A DNA stretch of 64,000 nucleotides from the NCBI GenBank assembly GCA_965202585.1, contig OZ241831.1:50654001-50718000 (forward strand), read 5' to 3'. The stretch is from Thalia democratica. Its lineage: Eukaryota. Positions 42,814 to 54,400 of the stretch are shown here, piece by piece. Position 1 is the first letter of the stretch; every line of letters begins with the position of its first letter. Position numbers and translations under genes: made by a program. Under the pieces are notes generated by a model. The model saw only the letters and a program-made list of their open reading frames with translations. It was not told where the DNA came from and ran no database searches.

Positions 42814-45800
42814 CTACAAGCCTTTTTTGTTCCACGCGTCCTTGAAAATGGGCGCGAACAAAACCCTCCGGTCCTCGCTGCGGTCGTTGGGCAGGTTGCG
42901 AAGTCCCGGGTTCCTGTGAAAGTTCCTCGCCAGTATGTGGGCCAGCAGGTCGTAGTTGCACCTGAAGTTGGCCATGTTCCCCGTCACCCCCACGCACCGC
43001 ATGAGGGCGTCGTAGAGGATGGACAGGTAGGCGGGGCTGAAGTTTTGCCCGCTGGGTTGGTTTGGGACGTTCAGGGGGTCCAAAAACACCAAATGGTTTG
43101 ATGGAGGTGGCCTGAAAAATATGAATGATTTGAAGTCAGAAAAAAATATAAACAAAAATAATTGAACAAATTTATTAAGATGTAGTATCAAGTTAACAGC
43201 CTACTTTTTAATACTAAAGTAGACGTTAAATTAATTAAAAGATCAAAATAAATGTTATACAGACAGCCAACACAGAAAGACAAGTTCTTAATAAAACGAA
43301 GAAAAGAAAAAACACCAAAACGTTTGCTTGAGGTGACCTGAAGAAATGATTTGAAGTCAGAGAAAATAGAATTTATTTAGAACCAATTGTGTACCAAGTT
43401 CACAGCCTGAATTGCAGTACCAATGCAGAAACTAAATACTTTGTTTCTGTTTTTTGTCAAAAACGAGTACAATGTGATAAGGGTTACGCATAGTATTAAC
43501 ACATTTGATAATATTACAAGTAAGGATTTTTTATATTTAGACAAATGCGAACTTGGTAAAAATATTAGTTTAAGTTGTTTTCTTCAAATAAAATTTTGAT
43601 TTTTATCATTGTTCACACAGTCTTAGCTTTGATAAACAATTCATTTCATACAACACTTACATACAAATCTTAGTTTTGAAAAAAAATTAATCCTTTTTTT
43701 ACAACTTTATCTAAACTATGTTTGTTATACAATATTGTATAAAGTATATTTCTTTAAAAAAGTAAAACATATTATACATAAAAACCTTGTATCACGATTT
43801 TCTACTGTGACCGGTCCCTGTGGTTGTGACTGGTTTGCATCAGAAGCTTCTTGGTGAGCATCAGGAGCTTCTTGGTGAGCATCAACTTGCATTCTGGCCG
43901 CATCATTATGATCGTCACTGTGTAGAAAATAATATTTTTTGGTTGTTTATCTTATCTGACTAGGCTAATACATACCCTTGTTGACAGTAAACTTAGATTA
44001 ACAAGTTTTAGACCTAATACTTTATACTTACAGATAAATATATTTGGTATCCTTATCTTTGAAGAACCTTACAATATTTTAAGAAACATGACTACATTGT
44101 TTCACTGCAAAGCAGATTTCAAAAATGAAAATCTGTAATAAAACAACAATGGTAAAAATGACAAATAATATAAAGTTTATGTTAAATAAGTTATATGCTG
44201 ATAACACTAAAGTTAATATAATAATATTAAGAAAAATATTAGTGCTACAAATTGTTCTTTTAATGCCCTTAAATTAGTTCATATAACTTAATTCACATAA
44301 GTTTTACATTGCTTGTAATTTTCACCATCATAATCTAATTACAGATTTACAATTTGAAAATCCGCTTTGCGGTGAAACAGCGTAATTGTGTTACTTAAAA
44401 TAATAAAATTTTAAATTTCAATCTCCTTCTTGGATAGCTCACTTTTTTAAGTTTGTTTTTAACTCAATAGTTGAAACTTATAATAACAGTTTTGTTTTAC
44501 TTTTGTCGTATAAAACATGCTTTTTAAAGGTAAATACAGTAAACATATTTAACCTTGCTGCATTGTTCTCATTCGATTGTTGCTTGATCAAATTTGGAAC
44601 TTCCTGATCGGCTTGCATTGCATCATCTGCATTTTGATCGGCTTGCGTTGCATCATCTGCATCTTCATGATTGTCACTGTGTGAAAAAAAAAAACAGTTC
44701 TCATTGTTTTGATTGTTTTTTTAATCAGACTAGCCAGTTTAATGAAGAAAAAAAATAACATTAGACATGAGTACTTTTTGTCAGGGTTTTAATTTTTTAA
44801 ACCTTACAATATATAGATCTACAGTTGTTTTTTTTATCCTACGAAACCTATAACTTTTGATATGTATTTTGGTATAAAAATCAAACCTCGCTTCATGATT
44901 TTCAACGGCCGGCTCGTTTGTTTGTGGCCGGTTCAAATTTCGACCTTCAACTTGCACGGAACCAGTTTCAGCATCAGTTTGCATGTTTCTGTCAAAAATT
45001 AGATAACTCTTTTAATAGTTCATTTTATTAGTTTAGGATTGAATGTGTCTTTCTTGACAGCCTTATATACCACTAAAAATACTAATTATTTAATAACCTT
45101 ATGTAACACTAAAGTTTTTTTTTTAAGTATAGCGACTTTAATATTTAAAATTCTAAAGTACTTATTATTTAGATTAAAATATTTTTTTAAACATAATCTA
45201 TACTTAGATATTTTATTTTTATGATTTTTTTAATGTTTTATTACGTGGATAAATAGATTTTCCTTTCTATTATTGCACAAATAGTTTTCTTTTTAACGAT
45301 CAACATAACGTAAAAATTAAGAAATTTCTTCATGGTTGCCACTCATCAAGCTGAGAAAAATTTCCTGACTTTTCCTGACTTTTTCCTGACTTTTTACCAA
45401 AATTTTCCTGACTTTTCTTAATCAGTTTTACTTATATAAGTGTTCACTTAGTTTAATAAAATACTACCCAAACCGTTTAATATTAAATCCTTAAATTAAA
45501 AATCAATTAAAAAAGAATATACTTAAGTAACTGTAAAAAAAAAAGACATAAAAAAGTAAACTATATATTTTGGGTATTATTTTATTAAACTAAGTGAACA
45601 ATTTATATAAGTAAAACTGATTTAGAAAAGTTTTACTTTGTAAAACTGATTTAGAAAACTGATTTAGAAAATACTGATTTAGAAAAGTTGATTTTACTTT
45701 GACATAAAAAGTTCATACACATGTGTTCCATTAGAGGAAACGATAAACATGGTAGCAAACGATGTATACTCAAAAGAAAATCTTTCAGTATTCACAAAAT

Positions 45801-48800
45801 CAAAAATAACAAAGAAGGTATTCAAGAACATACTGAAAACTTGCTCACAGAGCATCTTCTGTTTTAATAATCAAGTATTCAAACAAATAGATGGACTATC
45901 TATAGGATCGCCATTGGCCCCCCTTTTGGCCAATTGATTCGTTAGCAAATTAGAAACAGGTCTTCTAAATGAAATTCAACCTAAAATGTACACGAGATAT
46001 GTGGACGACATTTTTACTATCTTCTCAAATGAAGAAATGGCAAATGAATTCAATCAAAAGTTAGACACTCTACATCAAGATCTTGTTTTCACAATGGAAA
46101 CAAGTACATCAAATAAACTTCCTTTTTTTGACATAAGTGTTAAGCTGGAAGAGAACAGATTTACTACCTTAATTTACAAGAAACCATCAAACACAGATGT
46201 TCTATTAAATTTTCACTCTTGTACCCCGCAATCATGGAAGAAAAACTTGATTAGACAATTGTTCATCAGAAACAAAAGATTAGTGTCAGAAGAACTACAG
46301 AACCTAGAAACAAATAGAATAAAGAATCTTCTTTTGAGAAACGGTTATCCGAATAATTTCATAAACAATGAAATAGAAAAACTTCAAAAATTAGAAGATA
46401 AGCCACAAGTTTCTAAACAACAGTATTTAACAGTTCCTTATTTAAAAAAGGTTTCAGAAAAATTGAACAGAAATGTAACAAAAAATTTGGAAACAATTGG
46501 AATTAATATCGAAGTAGCTTTCAGAACATCTAAAGTTGGAAACTATTTTTCATTGAAAAAAAAGATCAACACACTCTACAGAAATTGCATCGTTTATAAG
46601 TTTCAATGTCCAGGTGACCTGGATACCCAATATATTGGAGAAACGGAGCGACAACTGTTCGTCAGAATTAAAGAACATACAAAACTTACAAATAGTGCAG
46701 TTTTTTCACATATAGAACAATGTAGAATCTGTCAGAATCATAACGATATTTTTAATTGCTTTGAGGTAGTTAAATTTTGTAAAAATATAAATGTTTTACT
46801 TGCAGTAAAGACTATTATAATTAAAAAAATTAAACCTAAACTTAACCACTAACTAGGTCCTGATAAATGATCTAGAATAACACTTAAAATTTTTAAACAG
46901 TCCATTTCTGTTCTAATTATCTATTTTAGTTTTTATGATTAGTCTGATTAGTTTTATGTTGATTGCTTCTTTAGTTTACTCGTATTTTGTTTCATTAATT
47001 AATTTTTGTGAGTATTTATTTTGTTTTGACAAGGAAATTAGTTAAATTTTGAAAGCATTGCTCAATAAACCGTTTAAATGTAAAAAAAAATTGTTATTAG
47101 CAATTAATTGGCAGATAAAATCATGTAAACACCTTTCGCTATAAACTATATATCTGTTGTATAAAATATTTCCTCTTATCATTTAGTATAAAATTTGTAA
47201 CAAATAAATATACTCTTATTTACTTTAAAAACTTAAGTTACTCTACAAAAAATACACATAATAAGTAAATTTAATCTTGGCATATACCTCTCTTATAACT
47301 TAATTTATAAATTTAAATAACTTTGAAAAAATTATAAAGAAGTAAAGTATACACATTTACTTGTTACATAAAATACTAAACTAACTGCTTAGTTATAAAG
47401 AACTCAATTATTTAAACAAAAAACATTTTGATTCTAAAATTATGCTTGATAAACTTTTGTGTATATATCACTGTTTCACTATGGAAATGTCCTTGCTACA
47501 GATCATCAATACTAAAAAGCTTACAAAATCTGCTTGTTTAAGTAGGGTACTTGTTCAATAAGTTAAAAGAAAATTTTTGCAGTTTTATAAAGGATATTTT
47601 ACTAATTTATACCAGGTGAAGGCATTGGAAATAAAAATAAACATTTTTGTAAATTTTTAGGAAAATTTTGTAATTTTTTCTGACTTTAAAGCGCCTTAAA
47701 TTAATTTTTACCATTTGAAGGCTTTGGAAAACAAGGAATTTTGTAAATTTAAACTGACTTTTTTTAAATTTTATCAAATTTCCTGACTTTTTTTCAAAAC
47801 CCCCCACTTTTTCCTGACTTTTCCTGACTTTTGTCATTTCTTAAAATCTTTCCTGACTTTTCCTGACCGAGTGGCAGCCCTGTTTCTTCTGCATCATTTT
47901 GATTATCGCAGTGTAATATTACTTATGTGAGTAATGTTTAATAATTTGTGTATAATAGACCAACTTGTACATAGTAATTCTTAAAACTTTTAATTTTAAT
48001 AGATTATACATACAATAAACACCTTATTATTAATAAAACATATCTTATAAGACTATATTAAATAAAAAGTTACAATTAAAGATAAAGTTTTGACACTGTC
48101 TAACAAAAAAGAACGTTTTCAAGTTTAATACAACTTAAACCAACCCATAGTCAATGAACTTGGTCTGCCTTCTCTTTCTTCCGCTTCTTCTAGCACCATT
48201 GTTCTGCTGATTGGTTACTTCTGCTGATTGGTTTCGTTGACCTTCTTCAGTTCCATCGTCCGCGGCGTTTTCATTGTTCGAAGCAGGAACGGTTACGTGA
48301 TCTCCGTTTCGCCTGGTCTTTCTTCTTTTCTTTTTGACCATCGACGAGATGCCAGACTCTTGTTGGTTTCTACCACGAACGTTGTTGGCTACCCGGTTTG
48401 CAGTCAAACCTTCAGCTCCCGCGCCTTCTCGAGCAACGGAAGTTCCACGTCGGTTGCGCTGAGTGACACCGTTTCGTTCGGCACTGTTGGCTGTCCTGTT
48501 GCTCCGGCCTGATCTTCTCACTGGTTTCGCCTTTTGCTTTCGCACAGCACTCGGTTTGAGCGTCAGGTCGTTCTTGTACAGCTTCAGGTTGTCCTTGTAG
48601 CTTTGTTCGACATGGACATCCTTTTTCACTTCCGTCAAGGACCTGTAATTAAGTGAAGTTGTGGTAAAGTTTTAGTAAATTTTGCAAAAATAGTAACTAG
48701 TATTATAATTGAAACTTTATTTTTGTTCGTTTAGTAAGTAAAACTGTAAGATTTATTAAAGTATGTCATCTTAACAACATATATTATTAATTACCTATTA

Positions 48801-48976
48801 CACGCACTCTAAATATTTCAATTATTTTGGTTAAAAAATTCTATATCAGAGAAATAACTTGTATAAATTACAAAATAATACTTTTAGATTGTTTCAAATG
48901 AAACGTAATGTTAAGGATTTTTTTGTCCTTTTTAAGTTTTTGAGGTGAAAAAAATTAAGTTAAGTTAGGATTAGGG

Positions 48977-49012
<36 letters not shown>

Positions 49013-51404
49013 TCTCCTGTAGCTGCTGGAACTGCTGTACTGCTATTACAGGCAGGATACAGAATGTTAACTCAATGATCTGTTTGTGCTAGTTGTAGTC
49101 GCTCCAGCGTCGCGAGTTTTTTTTTCAAAAACGCAACTAGAACTCGACATTCAATAATTGTAAGTGCGGTAAAAAATCGATTTTCAAAAACCTCTTCAGC
49201 GAACATACCTGAGTTTACTAGCATTTAGCTAGTTAGGTGCTGTGCCTCTACAAGTGTGTTTATTTATTGATTCTTCAAGTCTAATTGAATTAGCAAAATT
49301 AAACCATAAAAAAGTCATATAAAAAACAAAAGTATAAAACAAGAACAACTTTCAAACTCGGACGCTTCAATCTAGGTACTATTGATTCAGGTATTGTCGC
49401 TAAAAATACAAAACAAAAACATAAAGATAATAAAACTAGTACCTTAAGTGAGCATTTTTATGTCTTAAAATTTTTATTAAACTAATTTAGTAAACACTTT
49501 TTGCTTGTCGGGTTTCCATAGAAAAAAAAATTGGCGTGGCAAGTCTGTTGACCAACGTAATAGTCAATGGACTTTTTAGTAAAGAAACTAATCTGTAAAA
49601 GTTGGAACTGACGGTGATAAATGTATTACTGATGTTTTTTCAATACAAAAAACTAAAAACAACTTTAATTGGCGTCTTTGTGCATACACCACATTCTAAA
49701 TAACAAATAGCCCAAATTTTTAAGGTAAAATTCAATATCGTAGATAGCAAAATACTAGTTTACCCTTTTCGGTAACAGAATTTTAAGGGTCGAGTATGAT
49801 CATTGGCTTATTAACAAGGTCGTTTTTGTAAAGTAAATTTAAACGGTTAGTTAGTAGTAGCTTGTGTGTAGCTTGTGTGTAGGTAACATCTCTCATAACT
49901 TAACTGCAGCACAAGATATTCCAAAAACATTCCCATTCTAAATTTTTACTGGGAAACAATTTTTAATAAAATTAATATAAAAAATTACCTTGGTATTATC
50001 ACAGTTGTTAATGAACACTTTTTGGTCTGCCATCTTTAAAAAAAAATCATGCAAAAACTGAAATACTTTTACTTAAAGGAGATTTTGTACTTGAAGACTT
50101 TAACGTACTGCAAATACTTTATCAGGGATAAATAATGAAACTTTTAGCTATAAGAATACCTTTATTATCAAACACAAATGCTCAAAGTCTAAAATTTTTA
50201 TACCAAAGTTCTCTTGAACATTTGAAATAAAAACAGCTGAAGAAACATCAAAATGTGCCTTTAAGTTTTAAAGAATTTTACTCTAAAGCTACATGCTTTA
50301 ACATATTTTTATATTATATTACTTATATTGGGTCCCGTTTAATTGAAATTTGTTAGTACAAACCGGATAGACTGTGTTATTCAGCAATAAATGTTTAATA
50401 TCTTTACTGATATGACGTCAGATAATCTTATTGCAGTACAACAGCTAATTAACTTCTTACGTCATTGTTAATCAATACAACTGACACGTTTTTTTTGTAA
50501 TAAGATCAAAAAGTGTTGGCATAAATGATTAAAGCAAAATTGTGAAGGTTAATGTGACTTTTATTGCACTATTATATTAAGGCTAACAGAAAATCTGATA
50601 TTGATTATGAACTAGACCTAAACAACAAAAATCTAAAAAAGTATACAAATTGCACGGCTGATAAAGATTCAGGCTATTTGACTTGGCTGATTGTAAGAGT
50701 TTAGAAGTACCAAATATTAAGAATCAACACAAAGTTTAACGTTTTATTGTAAGTTTTGTGTATACTGTAGTGTGCTATACAGAGGAAAGTGTTAAACCAG
50801 GGTTTTTCAAACTCGTTTTTTCTTTGGCAAAAATTTAAGTTAAAATCAGCCCCCTTGACAGTTAAAATACCCTTTCACTTTTTACTACCATTTCTAACTC
50901 TTAACTTTACTAAGAGCCATTCAAGTTATACATGAGGATAATTTTTTTTAAACGCCTAAAGTAAGTAAAACAGCAACTAGAAGGTTTAAAATTTACGCCC
51001 AAAACAAACGAACACGTTTAAAATTTACGCCCAAAACAAACGAACACGTATGCTGAAACACACTTATTGTATCTTATTCTTACAACATATATATTTTAAA
51101 ATCAAGTGTTTTTTGCCACATAAATTATTTCAATTGACAACAGGTTTAAATTTACTTCAATGGCATTACCGAATTTAAAAGAACTATTAAAACAGATCAA
51201 ATTGTCTAAATCTAACTAAAGTTATTGTAAAAGCAAAATTTTAAAATTATTTCAACTAAACCTGTGTTTTACGCCGGCAGGGCTGGTGTACTTGTATTTC
51301 CACACTTTCCATTTGTCAGTCCTGAAATGCATGTGAGCGAGCCATATCCCTTTACTCGTCCCGAAGGCTGCGTCCACCAGTTCCTGAGAGATGGGAATCC
51401 AGGC
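42814..51404 (-). CDS. Uncharacterised probable chromatin protein: MBD-like domain, basic linker, acidic repeat exons and helical C-terminal domain; at least 431 aa, 5' end unresolved
   Basis: Exons 51404-51262, 48642-48145, 44988-44887, 44676-44554, 43917-43786, 43111-42814. Total 1296 nt, all internal junctions phase 2, GT-AG, stop TAG 42814. The first two exons splice to IWLAHMHFRTDKWKVWKYKYTSPAGVKHRSLTEVKKDV, matching the MBD pattern W-x6-R...Y-x-SP-x-G-x3-RS-x2-E(V/L). The link at 48145 relies on a GTTGGT donor; otherwise the ORF stops at 48135. Confidence 0.7.
45692..47070 (+). mobile_element. Decayed 5'-truncated Penelope-like retroelement (RT + GIY-YIG)
   Basis: One frame gives FDIKSSYTCVP (RT motif A), QIDGLSIGSPLAP (motif B), a TGA at 45935, RYVDDIF (motif C), NGYP and CIVYKFQC...YIGETERQLFVRIKEH. 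The C-terminus is also broken at 46850. Confidence 0.92.
47020..47069 (+). ncRNA. Degenerate type I hammerhead-ribozyme-like motif at the Penelope 3' end
   Basis: tttgtt-TTGACAA-g-gaaatt(agtta)aatttt-GAAA-gc(att)gc-TC-aataaa. Stem I, stem II, GAAA, a very short stem III and UH are in the right order. The core differs from CUGANGA at 2 positions. Confidence 0.45.
48981..49008. repeat. (TA)14 microsatellite
   Basis: Read directly. Confidence 0.95.
50984..51047 (+). repeat. Perfect 32-bp tandem duplication (gtttaaaatttacgcccaaaacaaacgaacac x2)
   Basis: Read directly; intronic, about 215 bp from the donor of the MBD-like exon. Confidence 0.95.
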
Positions 51405-54400
51405 CTGATAAAAATATTTAGATTTTATATATACGTAAATTTAAGTTTTTAATGCCGTTGTAGAGGTTCCACACTCTTTTTTTTAGTTTGATAGACGTTT
51501 TAAATTAAAAAAAAATTAAAAATGCATCATTTTACTAAATGTAATATTTTTACAGCTTTTAAATTCTTATTTCAATACAGTTCGTTAGCATGCAGTTGAT
51601 CAGTTTAGTATGATTTTTGTAGCTTGTTTAATGCTTGTTACGCGTTAAGTGTAAACTATTAAACATTAACTTTTGTTAGGCTTCATATTTATGAAAAGTT
51701 ACTGATAAATTTTTAGTTATTTTTGTAATAGTACTTAATATTTGACAAATAAAAGCACTAAAACCTACTTTATAAGTGCATTGTAACTTTCATAGTTTTA
51801 AAGATTTAGTTTAATAAAATTGTGGACCAATCGTATCTCGACATGTAGTAAGGTCCTATACCGTTCTTACAAGGAGTTGATAAAAATTGTAATCATTCGG
51901 TCTGAGTGCTAATAATAAATCATTTAGTTACACTTTTAGTTTTGATTGTTTTTGTTTACAAACAAGTATGTGCGTATTAGTGTTTACATTTTTTAACATG
52001 TAAAAATCCTGGACAAGACGTTAAAAGGTATTCGTAGCTTGCGACTCGATAACGAAAAGGTTATTTGTGCACCAGGTCGTAGGACCAAATATCTTGAGAG
52101 TATTTTTTTAGTCGTTCAATAAACTAGAATTAATAAAAAAGGTTTACAACCATAGGAAAGAAAAAAATATTTCAAAAATAGTGTATTGAAATAAAAATGT
52201 TACTTTTATATAACATTATTTTTTTACAAGACAAAAATACTTAAAAACAACACTTAATAAAATTGAAGTTTTTTAAGAAATTAGGGCATGTACAAACTAA
52301 CAAACTGCTTTATTTTTAGTGTTATAAGTCAGTTAGGTGTGACATTACAAGTCTTTTACTTGTGATTAAGTAAAAAAGTTATAAAAAACTTTGTAATTTA
52401 TTTACTATTGTCTGTGATAGTAAAATAATGCACATTTGCTTTCAAATAAACTGCTTAAAATGATGAAAATTTAGATTTACTAACTAATATAGATAAAATT
52501 AAAACTGACACATGCATTTTTCCGCTGCTTTTCTGTATTCTCCTTTGGTAATTTTTTCTTACGTGTATAAGAACGAGCCATTTAGAATTGTTTTATAAAA
52601 CTTCTGTGAAATAGTTGAAAGTTTTGATTACAAGTTTATTTTCATAAATACAATACTACATTCCAGCAACTATATATCTTAATTGTAACAGAGTTATACA
52701 GAAAAAATACATTGTTTCTACAAAGGTTATTAGATTTTAATAAAATAGCTTTTATTTTATCTTTTAAAGTTATTTTTGTTTACTGTAGTCTTTATATGCG
52801 ACCAGGTAGTTTGATATTGAAATAAAACAATATACAGAGTCATTACAATTACTTCATAATTGAATTAGTCTGATTTGGCGAGTAATAATTGCAATACCAA
52901 CAAAACCTTGGGTTATACAAAAGTTTGTTATATATGTACTACTTTAATTAGTAATTAAATTATTAATTAACAAGGCAAAATTCAGCAGAGAGTTTAAGCT
53001 AAATTTACATGCAGATGTCATTTAAAAAAACGAACAGTTGAAATTACCATTTTCGGTTTTTAATTGTGTTTTGATTCGTCGGAACAAGTTAGAAATCTCA
53101 AAAGGTTTGTAACGAACACGTAAATATAAAATTGCAGACTATTTAATTAAATAATTTCATTCCCTACAATGGTTTTCAATATTTCTCAGTTTAAGTTTAT
53201 TTCAATAAAATTAATTTTTATATAACTTTATCGGAGTTTGAAGTATCAAATATGTTTCTAATAAAATGTAGTTGTATTTGTTTGGTTAATAATACTATTT
53301 AAAAGAGAATTTGTATAATTAATGCAGACAACATTTTTCAATACTTAAGTTAAACTGCATAAGAAATCAATAAGAATATTAAGTTTAAAGTATTAATTTA
53401 ATTATGTTAAAGTTTAATTAAATTGCCGTCAAAACGTTTTTATCGTGAATATTTAAAAAAATACGGCTTATCTTAATAGTTGAACAAATGTAGTTACTTT
53501 AAAAAATATAAATAATATTAGCTTAAGTTGTAAATTAAAAACCTATAATTGTGAAGTATACATCTTAAGTTATAATTAACGGTGAAAGCTTTTAATAGGT
53601 TGAAACAAATAAAAATTTGTTAATAGAAATGAAAAGTTTTAAAAATTTATATTTAAATTGAAGTATATTGAGTTATTTTTTAATACGCTTTTACATTAAA
53701 TCTGGTCAATCATGAAGAAGGTGCAAAGATTGTAACTTAAATAAAAACACAATAACATCCAAGTTAAGCTTATAGCTTGTGTTGAAAATGAAATGTTTTT
53801 GATATCTAAAATATTAAGATGTAGAGTGCATATAACTTATAAAAGCTTGTCTAACGTGTATCAGTAATTGAAGTTGGTAAGTTGATCTAACTGATGAGTT
53901 AAAAGTTAAGGAAATGGTTGTCAGAATAGTTCTATTAAATAGTTCTGAATAGAACATAAATTTTCGGTTTCAGTTTAATATTTAATGTTTGAGTATTTTT
54001 TGGTAACTTTCTAACAAAAGTCAAGCAATTATGCTTTGAAGTACATTAAAAAGCAATTATGAAACAAAATTAAAAATAATTTTTTTATGAATAAAAAACG
54101 TCATAAAAAATTTAAACAAACATTACTTGAAATGCTAACCTCAAGCTTAGTTGACGATAAGTTCAATTTACTAACACTTTTTTTTTAAATTGCAGCTTTC
54201 TCTAATAATAGCAAAAAATCTTAGGAAATATTTCTAAAAATAAAAACGGTTTTGTTCAAAATTCCAACAAATTAATATGTATATCGAAAATGTAGTGTGA
54301 AATAAAAACCTGAAAAATAACTCAAACAAACATAAAATCATTATAAAAACTATAAAAGTTAAATAACGAGAATGCTAAAAAATGAACTTCAAATAAAGAA

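Larger units (their letters stand above)
45331..47882. mobile_element. Non-autonomous DNA transposon with 14-bp TIRs and a 6-bp target duplication, carrying a nested Penelope; intronic
   Basis: Left catggttgccactc; right end reverse-complements to cagggctgccactc (12/14). tttctt on both sides (45325-30, 47883-88). Subterminal TTTCCTGACT arrays at both ends. Confidence 0.8.

Noticed and set aside
45935-45937. TGA at a likely Trp position in the Penelope RT as evidence of a variant genetic code
   Set aside because: The same element has other lesions, TGA ends the PH gene normally, and TGG>TGA is a single transition.
45361-47870. TTTCCTGACT arrays as CRISPR-like repeats
   Set aside because: 10-bp motifs without unique spacers, at transposon ends, in a eukaryotic intron; no cas genes.
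49512-49525. X-box-like GTTTCCATAGAAAA
   Set aside because: Isolated, intronic in a gene with no evident ciliary link, and continuous with an A run.
44988-51262. Direct splice from the MBD exon to the 44988 exon, skipping 48642
   Set aside because: In frame, but it would remove the SLTEV helix needed for the MBD fold, so it is not favoured without transcript data.
26168-51452. Long + strand ORFs (26168, 26289, 26663, 26826, 30379, 30509, 31267, 33080, 36336, 42916, 48228, 51264) and - strand ORFs 120, 12851, 14314
   Set aside because: Antisense or off-frame shadows of GC-rich real exons. They have no independent splice or domain support.
52000-52125. Protein-like stretch ILDKTLKGIRSLRLDNEKVICAPGRRTKYLES on + (and an open - frame)
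   Set aside because: Under 45 codons, no usable splice phase to neighbouring exons, and no recognisable motif.
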